In this document: piece by piece, positions 14,944 to 23,581 of the stretch
Position numbering within the stretch: the stretch's first letter is position 1
Layout of the letters: each line of letters starts with the position of its first letter
Source: a bacterium
GTDB lineage: Bacteria; Margulisbacteria; WOR-1; O2-12-FULL-45-9; XYB2-FULL-48-7
NCBI GenBank assembly: GCA_043812655.1
Contig: JBDRLW010000019.1
Span: 1-23,769 of the forward strand
Reading direction: 5' to 3'
Length of the DNA: 23,769 nt
Program-made: the position numbers and the translations under genes
Notes under the pieces: model-generated
What the model saw: only the letters and a program-made list of their open reading frames with translations
Databases searched by the model: none
What the model was told of the DNA's origin: nothing

Positions 14944-16569
14944 ATGAATCTAAATGGTTGGCCGCTTTTGTTTACGGCGCTGGCTTCAGTGGTGTTAGGG
15001 GTGTTGGCAATCTATAATGGCCCTAAAAAAAGTTCCAATATCCTTCTAACTTTGTTAACTTTAAGCATTGGCCTTTGGTGTTTTGCCCAATATATCGGCG
15101 GGATCTTGCCGGATAAGGGGGCGGTCCTTTTTTGGACCAGGCTAAATTTAGCGGCGGCGATCCTGATCCCGATCTTCTATCTCCATTTCGTAATTGACCT
15201 GGTTGGCCAGACAAAAAAAAGCTTTTGGCTTTTGGCGTTGGCTTATGGCGCGGCGCTCATTTTGTTCGTGCTTGACCTGACTTCCCTGTTTGTAGCTGAT
15301 GTCGCGCCGCGGTTTGACCTTGGTTTTTATCCGGTTGCCGGCCCGGCTTATTTTTTATTCCCGATCTATTTTTTTGCCCTCTTTTTTGTCGGAGTAATTA
15401 AACTTTACTTGGGATTAAAAGAGAGTAGGGGGGAGAAAAACAACCAGATAAAATATATTTTTCTGGCTTCTTTGGTTGGGTTCCTTGGTGGAGGGACCGC
15501 TTTTTTCCCGATCTTTGGGTTCGATGTCCCGATCCTGATCAATTTTACCATTCCGCTCTGTTTAACTATCATTACTTACGCGATCGTCAGGCATAAATTG
15601 ATCTCTCTTAATTTAGTTATCCGTGAAGGGCTGGTCTATTCTGGACTGACAATATTTTTTGCCGGGTTTTACGCGCTGGCGATCGTGTTTGCTAACCGTT
15701 TATTCCAGAATATTGCCGGGCTAAATGATTTTATGGTCACGATCGCGGTTGTTTTTATCTCTGTCCTGGTTTTTCAACCGCTTAGAGAACAGATCCAGGG
15801 GAGGGTTGACCGCCTCTTTTTCCGCGGCAACTATTATTACGAAAAGACCATTAATGACCTGAACCAAAGCCTGCAACAGGCTGATAAAATGGCCGCGCTG
15901 GGGGTGATCGCGGCGGGGATGGCGCACGAGATAAAAAATCCGCTGGCGTCAATTAAAGGCTTGACCCAGATCTTGCCGGAAAATCTTGACGACAAAGAAT
16001 TCATCAAAAAATATAATGACATTGTCCCGCGTCAGCTTGACCGGATCAACCGGATCGTTGAAGATCTTTTAGCCTTTGGCCAGCCGAAAAATTTGGCGGT
16101 CAGTGAGGTTAGGGTGGATAAAATATTAGATGAAGTCGTGAGATTAGTAGAGAACCAATGCCGGAAAGCCGATATTGAAATTATTAGGGATTACCAGCCG
16201 ATCCCGCCGATCCAAGCCGACGAAGAACGTTTAACTCAAGCTTTTCTTAATATCATTTTAAATGCCGTTCAATCAATGCCAAAAGGCGGGGCATTAACAA
16301 TCAGAACTAACCAACTAACAAACTTACAAACTAACCAACCTCAGCTTGCGATCGAGCTCTCCGACACTGGCGCAGGGATCCCGCCCGAAAAGTTGGCAAA
16401 GATCTTTGATCCGTTTTATACTACTAAGGAGCGGGGGAGCGGGTTGGGGTTGTCGGTGACTTACCGGATCATTAAAGAACATGGCGGCGAGATCGTGGTT
16501 ACCAGCCAAGAGGGTGAAGGGACAACTTTTAAGATATGCCTGCCTACAAGACGCGCGCGATCAGCTTAA
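14944..16569 (+). CDS. Membrane sensor histidine kinase with N-terminal 7TM (HisKA_7TM-like) region
   Basis: ~9 hydrophobic helices; H-box AHEIKNPL, N-box NIILNAVQ, DTGAGI, FDPFYTTK, GSGLGL. Start probably ATG 14944 because the track's 14926 ATG lies within the -10 element. Confidence 0.93.
   Translation: MNLNGWPLLFTALASVVLGVLAIYNGPKKSSNILLTLLTLSIGLWCFAQYIGGILPDKGAVLFWTRLNLAAAILIPIFYLHFVIDLVGQTKKSFWLLALAYGAALILFVLDLTSLFVADVAPRFDLGFYPVAGPAYFLFPIYFFALFFVGVIKLYLGLKESRGEKNNQIKYIFLASLVGFLGGGTAFFPIFGFDVPILINFTIPLCLTIITYAIVRHKLISLNLVIREGLVYSGLTIFFAGFYALAIVFANRLFQNIAGLNDFMVTIAVVFISVLVFQPLREQIQGRVDRLFFRGNYYYEKTINDLNQSLQQADKMAALGVIAAGMAHEIKNPLASIKGLTQILPENLDDKEFIKKYNDIVPRQLDRINRIVEDLLAFGQPKNLAVSEVRVDKILDEVVRLVENQCRKADIEIIRDYQPIPPIQADEERLTQAFLNIILNAVQSMPKGGALTIRTNQLTNLQTNQPQLAIELSDTGAGIPPEKLAKIFDPFYTTKERGSGLGLSVTYRIIKEHGGEIVVTSQEGEGTTFKICLPTRRARSA
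16305..16339 (+). repeat. Octamer tandem repeat inside the kinase gene
   Basis: AACTAACC AACTAACA AACTTACA AACTAACC AAC, encoding TNQLTNLQTNQ. Confidence 0.85.
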
Positions 16570-17042
16570 GGACGCGGCCATTTGCCGAAGCTGATAAACT
16601 GGTGACATTATTTTCCAGGGAACATGGTAAAATTACCGTGGTAGCCAAGGGAGCGCGCCGTGTCCCATCGCGCTTAGGCGGACGGGTTGAGACCTTTAGT
16701 TATGGCGAATATTTTATCGCTAAAGGAAAATCGCTCGATATTATTTCCCAATGCGAAGTGATCGAGACGTTCCAAGGCGTCCGCGATGACCAGTCGGCCC
16801 TGCTGGTTGGGCTTTATTTTATTAAGGTTGTTTCGGCGGGAACGTCGGAGGGCCAAAGAAATTCGGAATTGTTCGATCTTTTACTGAAGGCTTTGATGGC
16901 GCTCAAGATAAAAAAAGATCCAGGCGCGGTCGAAAAGAGGTTTGAGCGGGTTTTTATGGAATTAGAAGGGATTTACAAGCCAGGCGTCGACCCAAAATAT
17001 TATTTAAGCGAACATGTAGGAGTAGATCTACGCAAATGGTAG
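16536..17042 (+). CDS. recO: DNA repair protein RecO (short form)
   Basis: EADKLVTLFSREHGKI...AKGARR..SRLGG OB-fold N-terminus; 168 aa; overlaps the kinase 3' end by 34 bp. Confidence 0.9.
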   Translation: MPAYKTRAISLRTRPFAEADKLVTLFSREHGKITVVAKGARRVPSRLGGRVETFSYGEYFIAKGKSLDIISQCEVIETFQGVRDDQSALLVGLYFIKVVSAGTSEGQRNSELFDLLLKALMALKIKKDPGAVEKRFERVFMELEGIYKPGVDPKYYLSEHVGVDLRKW

Positions 17043-18259
17043 AGCATCAAGATCACGGTCATAGCGGCGGATTCCTGCCGGTTTTTTCAAATTTAGGGTT
17101 TATGCTCCTGTGGCTAGGGCAATTGACCTCACAGCTGGCTGATCGGATATTTGTTTATGTTTTAATGATCCTGGTCTATCAATTAACCAGATCAAACTTT
17201 GGCGTTTCACTACCGCTGCTCGCTTTTGGCATTCCGTCGGTCCTTGTCGCCCCGTGGGCGGGGGTAGTGGCCGATAAGCTTGACCGGAAATGGATCATGG
17301 TGGTGACCGATGTTTTGCGCGGCCTTTTGATCTTGTTGATTATCCCGTTGATCGCCAAATCGGTGGCGATGATCTTCTTGGTCAGTTTATTGATCTATAG
17401 CGCGGCGCAATTTTTTGCGCCGGCTGAAACATCTTCTATTCCAGAGCTAGTAGACCGGAAAAATTTAATTGTCGCCAACTCTCTTTTTATGGTCACTTGG
17501 ATGGCGTCCTCGGTCGTGGGGTTTGGGTTAGGGGCGCCGCTCCTGAATTTACTGGCGGAAAGGGGGACTTTGATCGCTTCGGCCGCTTGTTATTTTATCT
17601 CGGCCGCTTCGATCCTCCTTTTACCGCTTCGGCCGCCGCAAATTAAGGCCAACGCCAAAAGCCATGTTTGGGGAGACCTGGGGGTTGGTTTTGAATTTAT
17701 CCGGCGCAACCAGGTGGTCCGGTATTCACTATATAAATTATTTGTTGCTTCAATGGCGATCGCCACCCTTTCAGTATTAGCGATCTCTTACGCCAACGAC
17801 ATCTTGCTGATCGGCGGGCGGAATTTCGGTTATTTAATTATCGCGGTCGGTTTTGGGATGTTGGTCGGGATGTGGAGCCTGGAGAAAGTTAGCCGCTATC
17901 TGAAAAAAGGGACGATCGTGGTGGCAAGCTTCTTGGTCTCTGGTGTCGCGCTTATTATAATGGCTAGGACCTACAACCTGTATTCGGCTCTTGGTTTAAT
18001 ATTTTTGCTGGGATTAGGGAATATTTATATTACCTCAACGATCCAAACGATCTTGCAGCACAAGGTCCCGAGGCAGATCAGGGGTCGGGTCTTTGGGGTG
18101 CAGAACATGTTGGTCAATTCAGCGTTTACTCTGCCGGTCGTGATCTTTGGGATCATCGCCGATCTTGGCGGGATACTTTTTTCAATCGCGGTTTTGGGCT
18201 GGTTGGTCCTCTTTATGGGAATAGCGGGGCTCTTTTTGCCGAAGTTTAAGACGGTATGA
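17036..18259 (+). CDS. MFS transporter (DHA3/LplT-like)
   Basis: About 12 hydrophobic helices; LWLGQLTSQLAD, AGVVADKLDRK motif A, RGRVFG. Confidence 0.92.
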   Translation: MVEHQDHGHSGGFLPVFSNLGFMLLWLGQLTSQLADRIFVYVLMILVYQLTRSNFGVSLPLLAFGIPSVLVAPWAGVVADKLDRKWIMVVTDVLRGLLILLIIPLIAKSVAMIFLVSLLIYSAAQFFAPAETSSIPELVDRKNLIVANSLFMVTWMASSVVGFGLGAPLLNLLAERGTLIASAACYFISAASILLLPLRPPQIKANAKSHVWGDLGVGFEFIRRNQVVRYSLYKLFVASMAIATLSVLAISYANDILLIGGRNFGYLIIAVGFGMLVGMWSLEKVSRYLKKGTIVVASFLVSGVALIIMARTYNLYSALGLIFLLGLGNIYITSTIQTILQHKVPRQIRGRVFGVQNMLVNSAFTLPVVIFGIIADLGGILFSIAVLGWLVLFMGIAGLFLPKFKTV

Positions 18260-19134
18260 CCAAAGTATGCCACTACTATGTAACCCTCCGCTGCAACGCT
18301 ACTTGCGAGTTTTGCGGGTGCTGGCGGGAGGCAGAAACACAGGAACATAATGAAGCTCCCTGGCCGGAAGTCTATCCAAAGCTAAAAGAGATCAGGATCA
18401 AAGGCTGCAAAGAGTTGAATATTACCGGCGGCGAACCGCTCTTGCGCGATGATCTGCCGGAGATCTTAAATGGCGCGAAACAACTTGGGTTTAAAATCAC
18501 CTTAACGACAAATGGCCTTCTATATGCGGAAAAGGGTGAAAAGCTTAAAGGGCTGGTTGATAGCTTATATTTCTCGCTCGATTACCCGATCGACTCGGAA
18601 CATGACCGGAGCCGGGGGCTGGAATGTTTTACTGATGTGATCGAAGCGATCAAGCTAGCTAGGAAACTAGGAGAAAAACCGCGCATTATTTTTACGATCA
18701 CCAGGGACAGCCTGCGCTTCCTCCCCGAGATGGTCGACTTGGCCGAGAAGCTGGATGTTCTCCTTTACCTAAACCCCGTTTATGATTTTTTTGGGACACA
18801 AGGGTTTGAACCGATCTCTGTTGAACACATTAAATATTATAGTGGGAAAAAGAATGTATTAGGGGATTTGGCCGCGCTAGAGTTCATTAAAGCCGGGGGC
18901 AACAGAGTACTCTATCCTAGATGCCGGGCGAAAGAGCAAACTGTTACTCTTTTGCCTGATGGGGCGAGTGTTGCGCCCTGTTTTTATAACCGGGGCGGGA
19001 GAGAAGGGAAAGAAGCTGTTTGTTCTTCTTGCATGCGCTGGCCGTATATGCTACCATCTTTTTCGCTAGGGGTAGACAAATACTTCTGGCTGAATCTTTA
19101 TTCAGACTGGTTAAAAGGGAGGAAAATTTCATGA
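18256..19134 (+). CDS. Radical SAM protein with short Cys-containing C-terminal (twitch/SPASM-like) region
   Basis: CNATCEFC (CxxxCxxC), ITGGEPLL, TTNG; C-terminal RC...PC...CSSC. Confidence 0.92.
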   Translation: MTKVCHYYVTLRCNATCEFCGCWREAETQEHNEAPWPEVYPKLKEIRIKGCKELNITGGEPLLRDDLPEILNGAKQLGFKITLTTNGLLYAEKGEKLKGLVDSLYFSLDYPIDSEHDRSRGLECFTDVIEAIKLARKLGEKPRIIFTITRDSLRFLPEMVDLAEKLDVLLYLNPVYDFFGTQGFEPISVEHIKYYSGKKNVLGDLAALEFIKAGGNRVLYPRCRAKEQTVTLLPDGASVAPCFYNRGGREGKEAVCSSCMRWPYMLPSFSLGVDKYFWLNLYSDWLKGRKIS

Positions 19135-20294
19135 AGATCGTAATGCTTAGCCCCTATTTTTACCCGCACACAGGTGGAACCGAGAAATACGTCCGTGATC
19201 TTTCAACGGCCTTGATCCAGGAAGGCCACGAAGTGACTGTTATTTCCAATAACTTGCCGAAAGAGAAAAATGCTCCGGCCCATGAAACGCTTCCTGAAGG
19301 GATAAAAGTGATCCGGCTTGACGCGGTCAACATGTTTAATTACCTGCCGGTCAGCAACCAATTTAACCTTAAGATGCTGGATGGGTTTGATGTGGTTCAT
19401 GTCCATGTGCCGGCATTTAGTTTCTTGCGCTCCGTGGCCGGAAAGATCAAACAACCGCTGGTCGTCACTTACCATTGTGACGTCACCGTGTCAGAAAAAT
19501 ATTTTGGCATACCGGTCCCCGGCTGGGTTGTCCCTCTTTTTGAGGGGAGTTCGAATGCCTATGCCAAGACGCTCCTTCCCAAGGCCGATGTGGTTTACAA
19601 TACGACCGAAACTTACGCGGAATCTTCGCCGGTCATGAAGCATATACCACACCGAGTGATCCCGATCGGGATTTTCTCAAATAAAATTGATGAGATCCAG
19701 AAAAAATTAAACTTAACCCCAGAAAAGAAGAATCCAAAACAACTCCTATTTTTAGGTAGATTGGCCGGTAATAAAGGGTGCGATTATTTAGTCAAGGCGA
19801 TGCCGAAGGTTTTGGAGAAATTCCCCGATGCCAAACTTATTATTTGCGGTGATGGAGAAGAAAAGGCGCATATTCTTGACCTAGTGACCCAGTTTAATAT
19901 TGGCCCAGCGATCACCTTCCTCGGGACGGCGACATTTGATAAGTTAGTCGAGCTTTATTACACTTCGATCGCTTACATTTTTCCGTCGATCAACCGCTTG
20001 GAAGCCTTTGGCATTGTTCAATTGGAAGCGATGGCCAATTACACGGCAGTAGTTGCCTCTGACATCCCGGGCCCCAATGCGGTCATGGATGTTGGCCAAT
20101 CAGGTCTCCTGGTGCCAAAACAAAATCCAGATGAACTAGCTAAGGCGATCATCCAAATTTTATCCGATCCGGAAAAAGCCAAAGAGATGGGGAGAAAAGG
20201 CCGCCAGCTCGTCGAAACTAAATATAATTGGAAGACGATCGTTAAACAAGTAACCGATATTTACCAGGAAGTTTTGGCCAAGAAAAAAGGATGA
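19131..20294 (+). CDS. GT4 family glycosyltransferase
   Basis: MKIVMLSPYFYPHTGGTE, FLGRLAGNKG, EAFGIVQLEAMA (EX7E). Start ATG 19131 overlaps the radical SAM stop (ATGA), rather than the track's 19020. Confidence 0.95.
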   Translation: MKIVMLSPYFYPHTGGTEKYVRDLSTALIQEGHEVTVISNNLPKEKNAPAHETLPEGIKVIRLDAVNMFNYLPVSNQFNLKMLDGFDVVHVHVPAFSFLRSVAGKIKQPLVVTYHCDVTVSEKYFGIPVPGWVVPLFEGSSNAYAKTLLPKADVVYNTTETYAESSPVMKHIPHRVIPIGIFSNKIDEIQKKLNLTPEKKNPKQLLFLGRLAGNKGCDYLVKAMPKVLEKFPDAKLIICGDGEEKAHILDLVTQFNIGPAITFLGTATFDKLVELYYTSIAYIFPSINRLEAFGIVQLEAMANYTAVVASDIPGPNAVMDVGQSGLLVPKQNPDELAKAIIQILSDPEKAKEMGRKGRQLVETKYNWKTIVKQVTDIYQEVLAKKKG

Positions 20295-21205
20295 GGATAT
20301 TAGTTACCGGCGGCGCTGGGTTTATCGGGTCGAATGTTGTCGATGCGTTTATCGAAGCGGGGCAAGAAGTCGCCGTTCTCGATAACCTGACGACAGGGAA
20401 AAAGGCCAATCTTAATCCCCGAGCCAAGTTTTTTGCGGCGGATATCCGCGATAAAAACATCTCTGCGATTATTAATGAATTTAAGCCTGATATTATTAAC
20501 CACCACGCGGCGCAGATCGATGTCCGTAAATCAGTCCTTGACCCAATTTATAATGCCGACGTTAATGAATTAGGGACATTAAACCTTCTCGAGGCGGCGG
20601 TGCAAGCAAAGATCAAAAAAATAGTGTTTGCTTCGACCGGCGGCGCGCTTTACGGCGAGATCAAAGATAAAGCCGGAGCCAAAGAAGACCATCCCCAAGA
20701 GCCGATCTCCCCATATGCGATCACCAAGCGGTCGGCCGAAATGTATCTTTACGCCTATCAAGCCTTGCATGGTTTAAATTTTACGGTCCTTCGCTACGGC
20801 AATGTTTTTGGCCCCAGGCAAGATCCGCTCGGTGAGGCGGGAGTGACCGCGATCTTTTGCGGCAAGATGTTAAAGGGAGAAGATCCCACGATCTATGGCG
20901 ACGGCGAACAACTCCGCGATTATGTTTATGTCGGCGATGTAGCCAAAGCCAATCTGGCGGCCCTAGAAAAGGGGACAAACCAATTTGTCAATATTGGGAC
21001 GGGGAAGGGGACATCGGTCAATGAGTTATTTTCTTATTTGAAAGACCTTTTGGCGTTCAAGGGTAAAGCTGAATACGCGCCGCCGCGAAGCGGGGAATTG
21101 TTCCGGAGCATCCTTAATTGCCAAAAAGCGGAAAAAGAATTGGGTTGGAAACCGGAAGTACCAGTGAAAAAGGGTTTGGAACTGACCTTAAAGTGGTATA
21201 ACTAA
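20291..21205 (+). CDS. NAD-dependent nucleotide-sugar epimerase (UDP-glucose 4-epimerase-like SDR)
   Basis: TGGAGFIGS, HHAAQIDVRKS, STGGALYG, YAITK (YxxxK), RYGNVFGPRQ. Confidence 0.93.
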   Translation: MRILVTGGAGFIGSNVVDAFIEAGQEVAVLDNLTTGKKANLNPRAKFFAADIRDKNISAIINEFKPDIINHHAAQIDVRKSVLDPIYNADVNELGTLNLLEAAVQAKIKKIVFASTGGALYGEIKDKAGAKEDHPQEPISPYAITKRSAEMYLYAYQALHGLNFTVLRYGNVFGPRQDPLGEAGVTAIFCGKMLKGEDPTIYGDGEQLRDYVYVGDVAKANLAALEKGTNQFVNIGTGKGTSVNELFSYLKDLLAFKGKAEYAPPRSGELFRSILNCQKAEKELGWKPEVPVKKGLELTLKWYN

Positions 21206-21735
21206 CCGCCTTCGACGATCCATCTCTCCTGCAGACGATACCATTCTCCCGGATCATTTAAATAAAGCAGGGTATCTTCTAAAATAGAGTAGTGTTCCCT
21301 TTCTTCAATGGCTAAAGCGGCAAAAAACTTTTTGGCGATCTCATTTGTACTGCCTTTTGATAGTTTATCATAGAGATGGTAGCTGTCCCTTTCCAAACCT
21401 TCAGCGATCACGTAGCTTTCGCTGATGTCGGCCTGGGTCTCGAATTTCTTGTTTAAGTTCAGTTTAAGTTTGTTAAAGATCGGGAGCAAAAGCTCTTCTT
21501 TGGTCGGGGAGACTTCAACGCCCTTTAACCAGTCGCTGGGCAGTTTCTTTTCGCCGGTCATATCCAAATAAAAACTTCTTATCCGTTCGATGTGGAGGAG
21601 TTCCCGGTCGGCCAAACTGGACATAGTTGAAGCGGCGAGGGGATTGCTTGTCTTGGCGGCGACCTTAAAATACAGGTCATACCCTTTTTTTTCTAATTCG
21701 ATCGCCAGTTTTGTTTCGGTTATTAGGTCTATCAT
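21202..21735 (-). CDS. Ferritin-like / rubrerythrin-family diiron protein
   Basis: Two repeats of A..lE.....Y ... LA..E..H (AIELEKKGYDLY..LADRELLH; AEGLERDSYHLY..LAIEEREH). Confidence 0.85.
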   Translation of the reverse strand: MIDLITETKLAIELEKKGYDLYFKVAAKTSNPLAASTMSSLADRELLHIERIRSFYLDMTGEKKLPSDWLKGVEVSPTKEELLLPIFNKLKLNLNKKFETQADISESYVIAEGLERDSYHLYDKLSKGSTNEIAKKFFAALAIEEREHYSILEDTLLYLNDPGEWYRLQERWIVEGG

Positions 21736-21741
21736 GGCAGT

Positions 21742-21770
21742 ATGATATCAAGTAAAGGCCATAAATACAA
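21742..21770 (-). promoter_or_regulatory. sigma70-type promoter, probably leaderless transcript
   Basis: Minus strand TTGTAT, 17 bp spacer, TATCAT (TG extension), ending 6 nt before ATG 21735; no SD. Confidence 0.6.
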
Positions 21771-21812
21771 TGCATAGTGTATAATTAATGGTAAAAGAGG
21801 GGGGGAGCTAAT

Positions 21813-22193
21813 ATGGTAAAAGAATTGAATGAGGTTTATAAGTGCGGAGTTTGCGGGAATATGGTCGAAGTTGTCCATGTGGGGGGAGGAGAATTGGTTT
21901 GCTGCGGACAGCCGATGAAATTATTGGTCGCCAATTCAGTTGACGCGGCCAAAGAAAAACATGTGCCGGTGGTCGAAAAATCGTCTAAAGGTGTTTTAGT
22001 GAAGATCGGTTCTATCCCTCACCCGATGGAAGAGAAGCATTATATCGAGTGGATCGAAGTTTTAGCCGGCGGGAAAGTTTATCGCCAATATTTGAAGCCA
22101 GGAGATAAGCCCGAAGCTGAATTTGCGGTTTCGATCGAGGGAGCAGTTGCCCGGGCGTATTGTAACCTTCACGGCTTATGGAGGAGCGCGTAA
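21813..22193 (+). CDS. dfx: Desulfoferrodoxin (2Fe superoxide reductase)
   Basis: YKCGVCGN...LVCCGQPM desulforedoxin domain; [17 protein letters not shown] and CNLHGLW centre II motifs. Confidence 0.97.
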   Translation: MVKELNEVYKCGVCGNMVEVVHVGGGELVCCGQPMKLLVANSVDAAKEKHVPVVEKSSKGVLVKIGSIPHPMEEKHYIEWIEVLAGGKVYRQYLKPGDKPEAEFAVSIEGAVARAYCNLHGLWRSA

Positions 22194-22354
22194 TGAAAAA
22201 ATATATTTGTAAGGTTTGCGGTTATGTTTATGACCCGGTGGTAGGCGATCCAGTCTCTGGGGCGGTTCCTGGGACCTCTTTTGAAGCTTTACCGGCCGAT
22301 TGGGTTTGCCCTGTTTGCGGGGTAGGGAAGGACCAATTTGAAGAGACAGCTTAA
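22193..22354 (+). CDS. rub: Rubredoxin (53 aa; absent from the ORF track)
   Basis: [53 protein letters not shown]; two CxxCG motifs; TAATG coupling to dfx. Confidence 0.97.
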   Translation: MKKYICKVCGYVYDPVVGDPVSGAVPGTSFEALPADWVCPVCGVGKDQFEETA

Positions 22355-23510
22355 ACCCAATATTTATTCTGTTGGGGCGATCGATTGGGATCGGCGGTTG
22401 TTTGATGAGTTGATTCCACTGCCTGATGGGACTTCTTATAATTCTTATTTAATTAAGGGCAAAGAAAAAACCGCCCTGATCGATACGGTTGACCCGACCA
22501 AAGAAAAAGACTTGGTTGAGGGGATAGGGGATAGCGGGATAGGGGTTAGTAAGATCGATTATATTATTGCTCATCATGCTGAACAAGACCATTCTGGTTC
22601 TTTACCACTAATCCTTGAACTCCACCCAGAAGCAAAAGTGGTGACGAATGCCAAGTGTAAAGAGATGCTGAAGGATCTATTATTAATACCAGAAGAGAGG
22701 TTTGTAGTGGTTAGTGACCGGGAAACTTTGTCGCTTGGTGATAAGGCATTAGAATTTATTTTTACCCCTTGGGTCCATTGGCCGGAAACAATGGTGACAT
22801 ATTTAAAAGAAGACAAGATCTTGTTTAGCTGTGACTTTTTTGGTTCTCACTTGGCGACTTCAGACCTGTTTGTCGTTGATGAGGCCAAAGTTTATGACTC
22901 AGCCAAGAGATATTATGCCGAGATCATGATGCCTTTCCGGGCGGCGATCAAAGGGAATATCGAGAAGCTCAAAGGTTTGCCGATCGAAATGATCGCTCCC
23001 AGCCATGGTCCGGTTTATAAGCGGCCGAGCTTAATTATCGATGCCTACAAGGACTGGACTTCTGACCAGGTTAAGCCTGAAGTTGTTTTGCCCTATGTCT
23101 CAATGCACGGGAGTACAGCCGAAATGGTCCATTATTTTATTCAGCTCTTGCTCGATAAGGGAATAACGGTTAAGCCGTTCAATTTAACGACTGCCGACAT
23201 TGGAGAATTAGCCAAAGCGCTGGTTGACGCGTCAACGATCGTGATCGGTACCCCCACGGTTTTGGCCGGCGCCCACCCCAAAGCGCTTTATGCCGCGGCG
23301 TTAGTCAATGCCCTCCGGCCTAAGGCCAAATATCTTTCAGTGATCGGCTCTTTTGGCTGGGGCGGGAAGATGGTCGAGCAACTGCAAGCGCTTTTGCCAA
23401 ATATCAAGGCCGAGATATTAGATCCGGTCCTTTGCCGGGGAGTGCCGAAACAAGCTGATTTTACCGCCCTCAAAGAACTAGCCGATACCGTCGCCAAAAA
23501 ACAACAATAA
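22338..23510 (+). CDS. fprA: Flavodiiron protein (FprA / A-type flavoprotein, O2/NO reductase)
   Basis: [33 protein letters not shown]; flavodoxin YVSMHGST and GSFGWGG; TTG start overlapping rubredoxin. Confidence 0.95.
   Translation: MKRQLKPNIYSVGAIDWDRRLFDELIPLPDGTSYNSYLIKGKEKTALIDTVDPTKEKDLVEGIGDSGIGVSKIDYIIAHHAEQDHSGSLPLILELHPEAKVVTNAKCKEMLKDLLLIPEERFVVVSDRETLSLGDKALEFIFTPWVHWPETMVTYLKEDKILFSCDFFGSHLATSDLFVVDEAKVYDSAKRYYAEIMMPFRAAIKGNIEKLKGLPIEMIAPSHGPVYKRPSLIIDAYKDWTSDQVKPEVVLPYVSMHGSTAEMVHYFIQLLLDKGITVKPFNLTTADIGELAKALVDASTIVIGTPTVLAGAHPKALYAAALVNALRPKAKYLSVIGSFGWGGKMVEQLQALLPNIKAEILDPVLCRGVPKQADFTALKELADTVAKKQQ
22520..22549 (+). repeat. Heptamer tandem repeat inside fprA
   Basis: GGGGATA GGGGATA GCGGGATA GGGGTTA G, encoding [10 protein letters not shown]. 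Confidence 0.8.
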
Positions 23511-23518
23511 AAATATAC

Positions 23519-23567
23519 TTGACAAAAGCAGTGGCTTGTTACATAATAGGACAAAAATAGTCCCATT
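23519..23567 (+). promoter_or_regulatory. sigma70 promoter with overlapping palindromic operator (likely Rrf2 autoregulatory site)
   Basis: TTGACA (23519-24), 17 bp spacer, CATAAT (23542-47); AATnGGAC-N7-GTCCnATT at 23545-23567. Confidence 0.7.
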
Positions 23568-23581
23568 AAGGAGGGTTTAAG

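Noticed and set aside
21787..21824. Duplicated ATGGTAAAAGA upstream of and at the dfx start
   Set aside because: This 11-bp repeat has its first copy out of frame and without an RBS; it is probably a small local duplication or chance.
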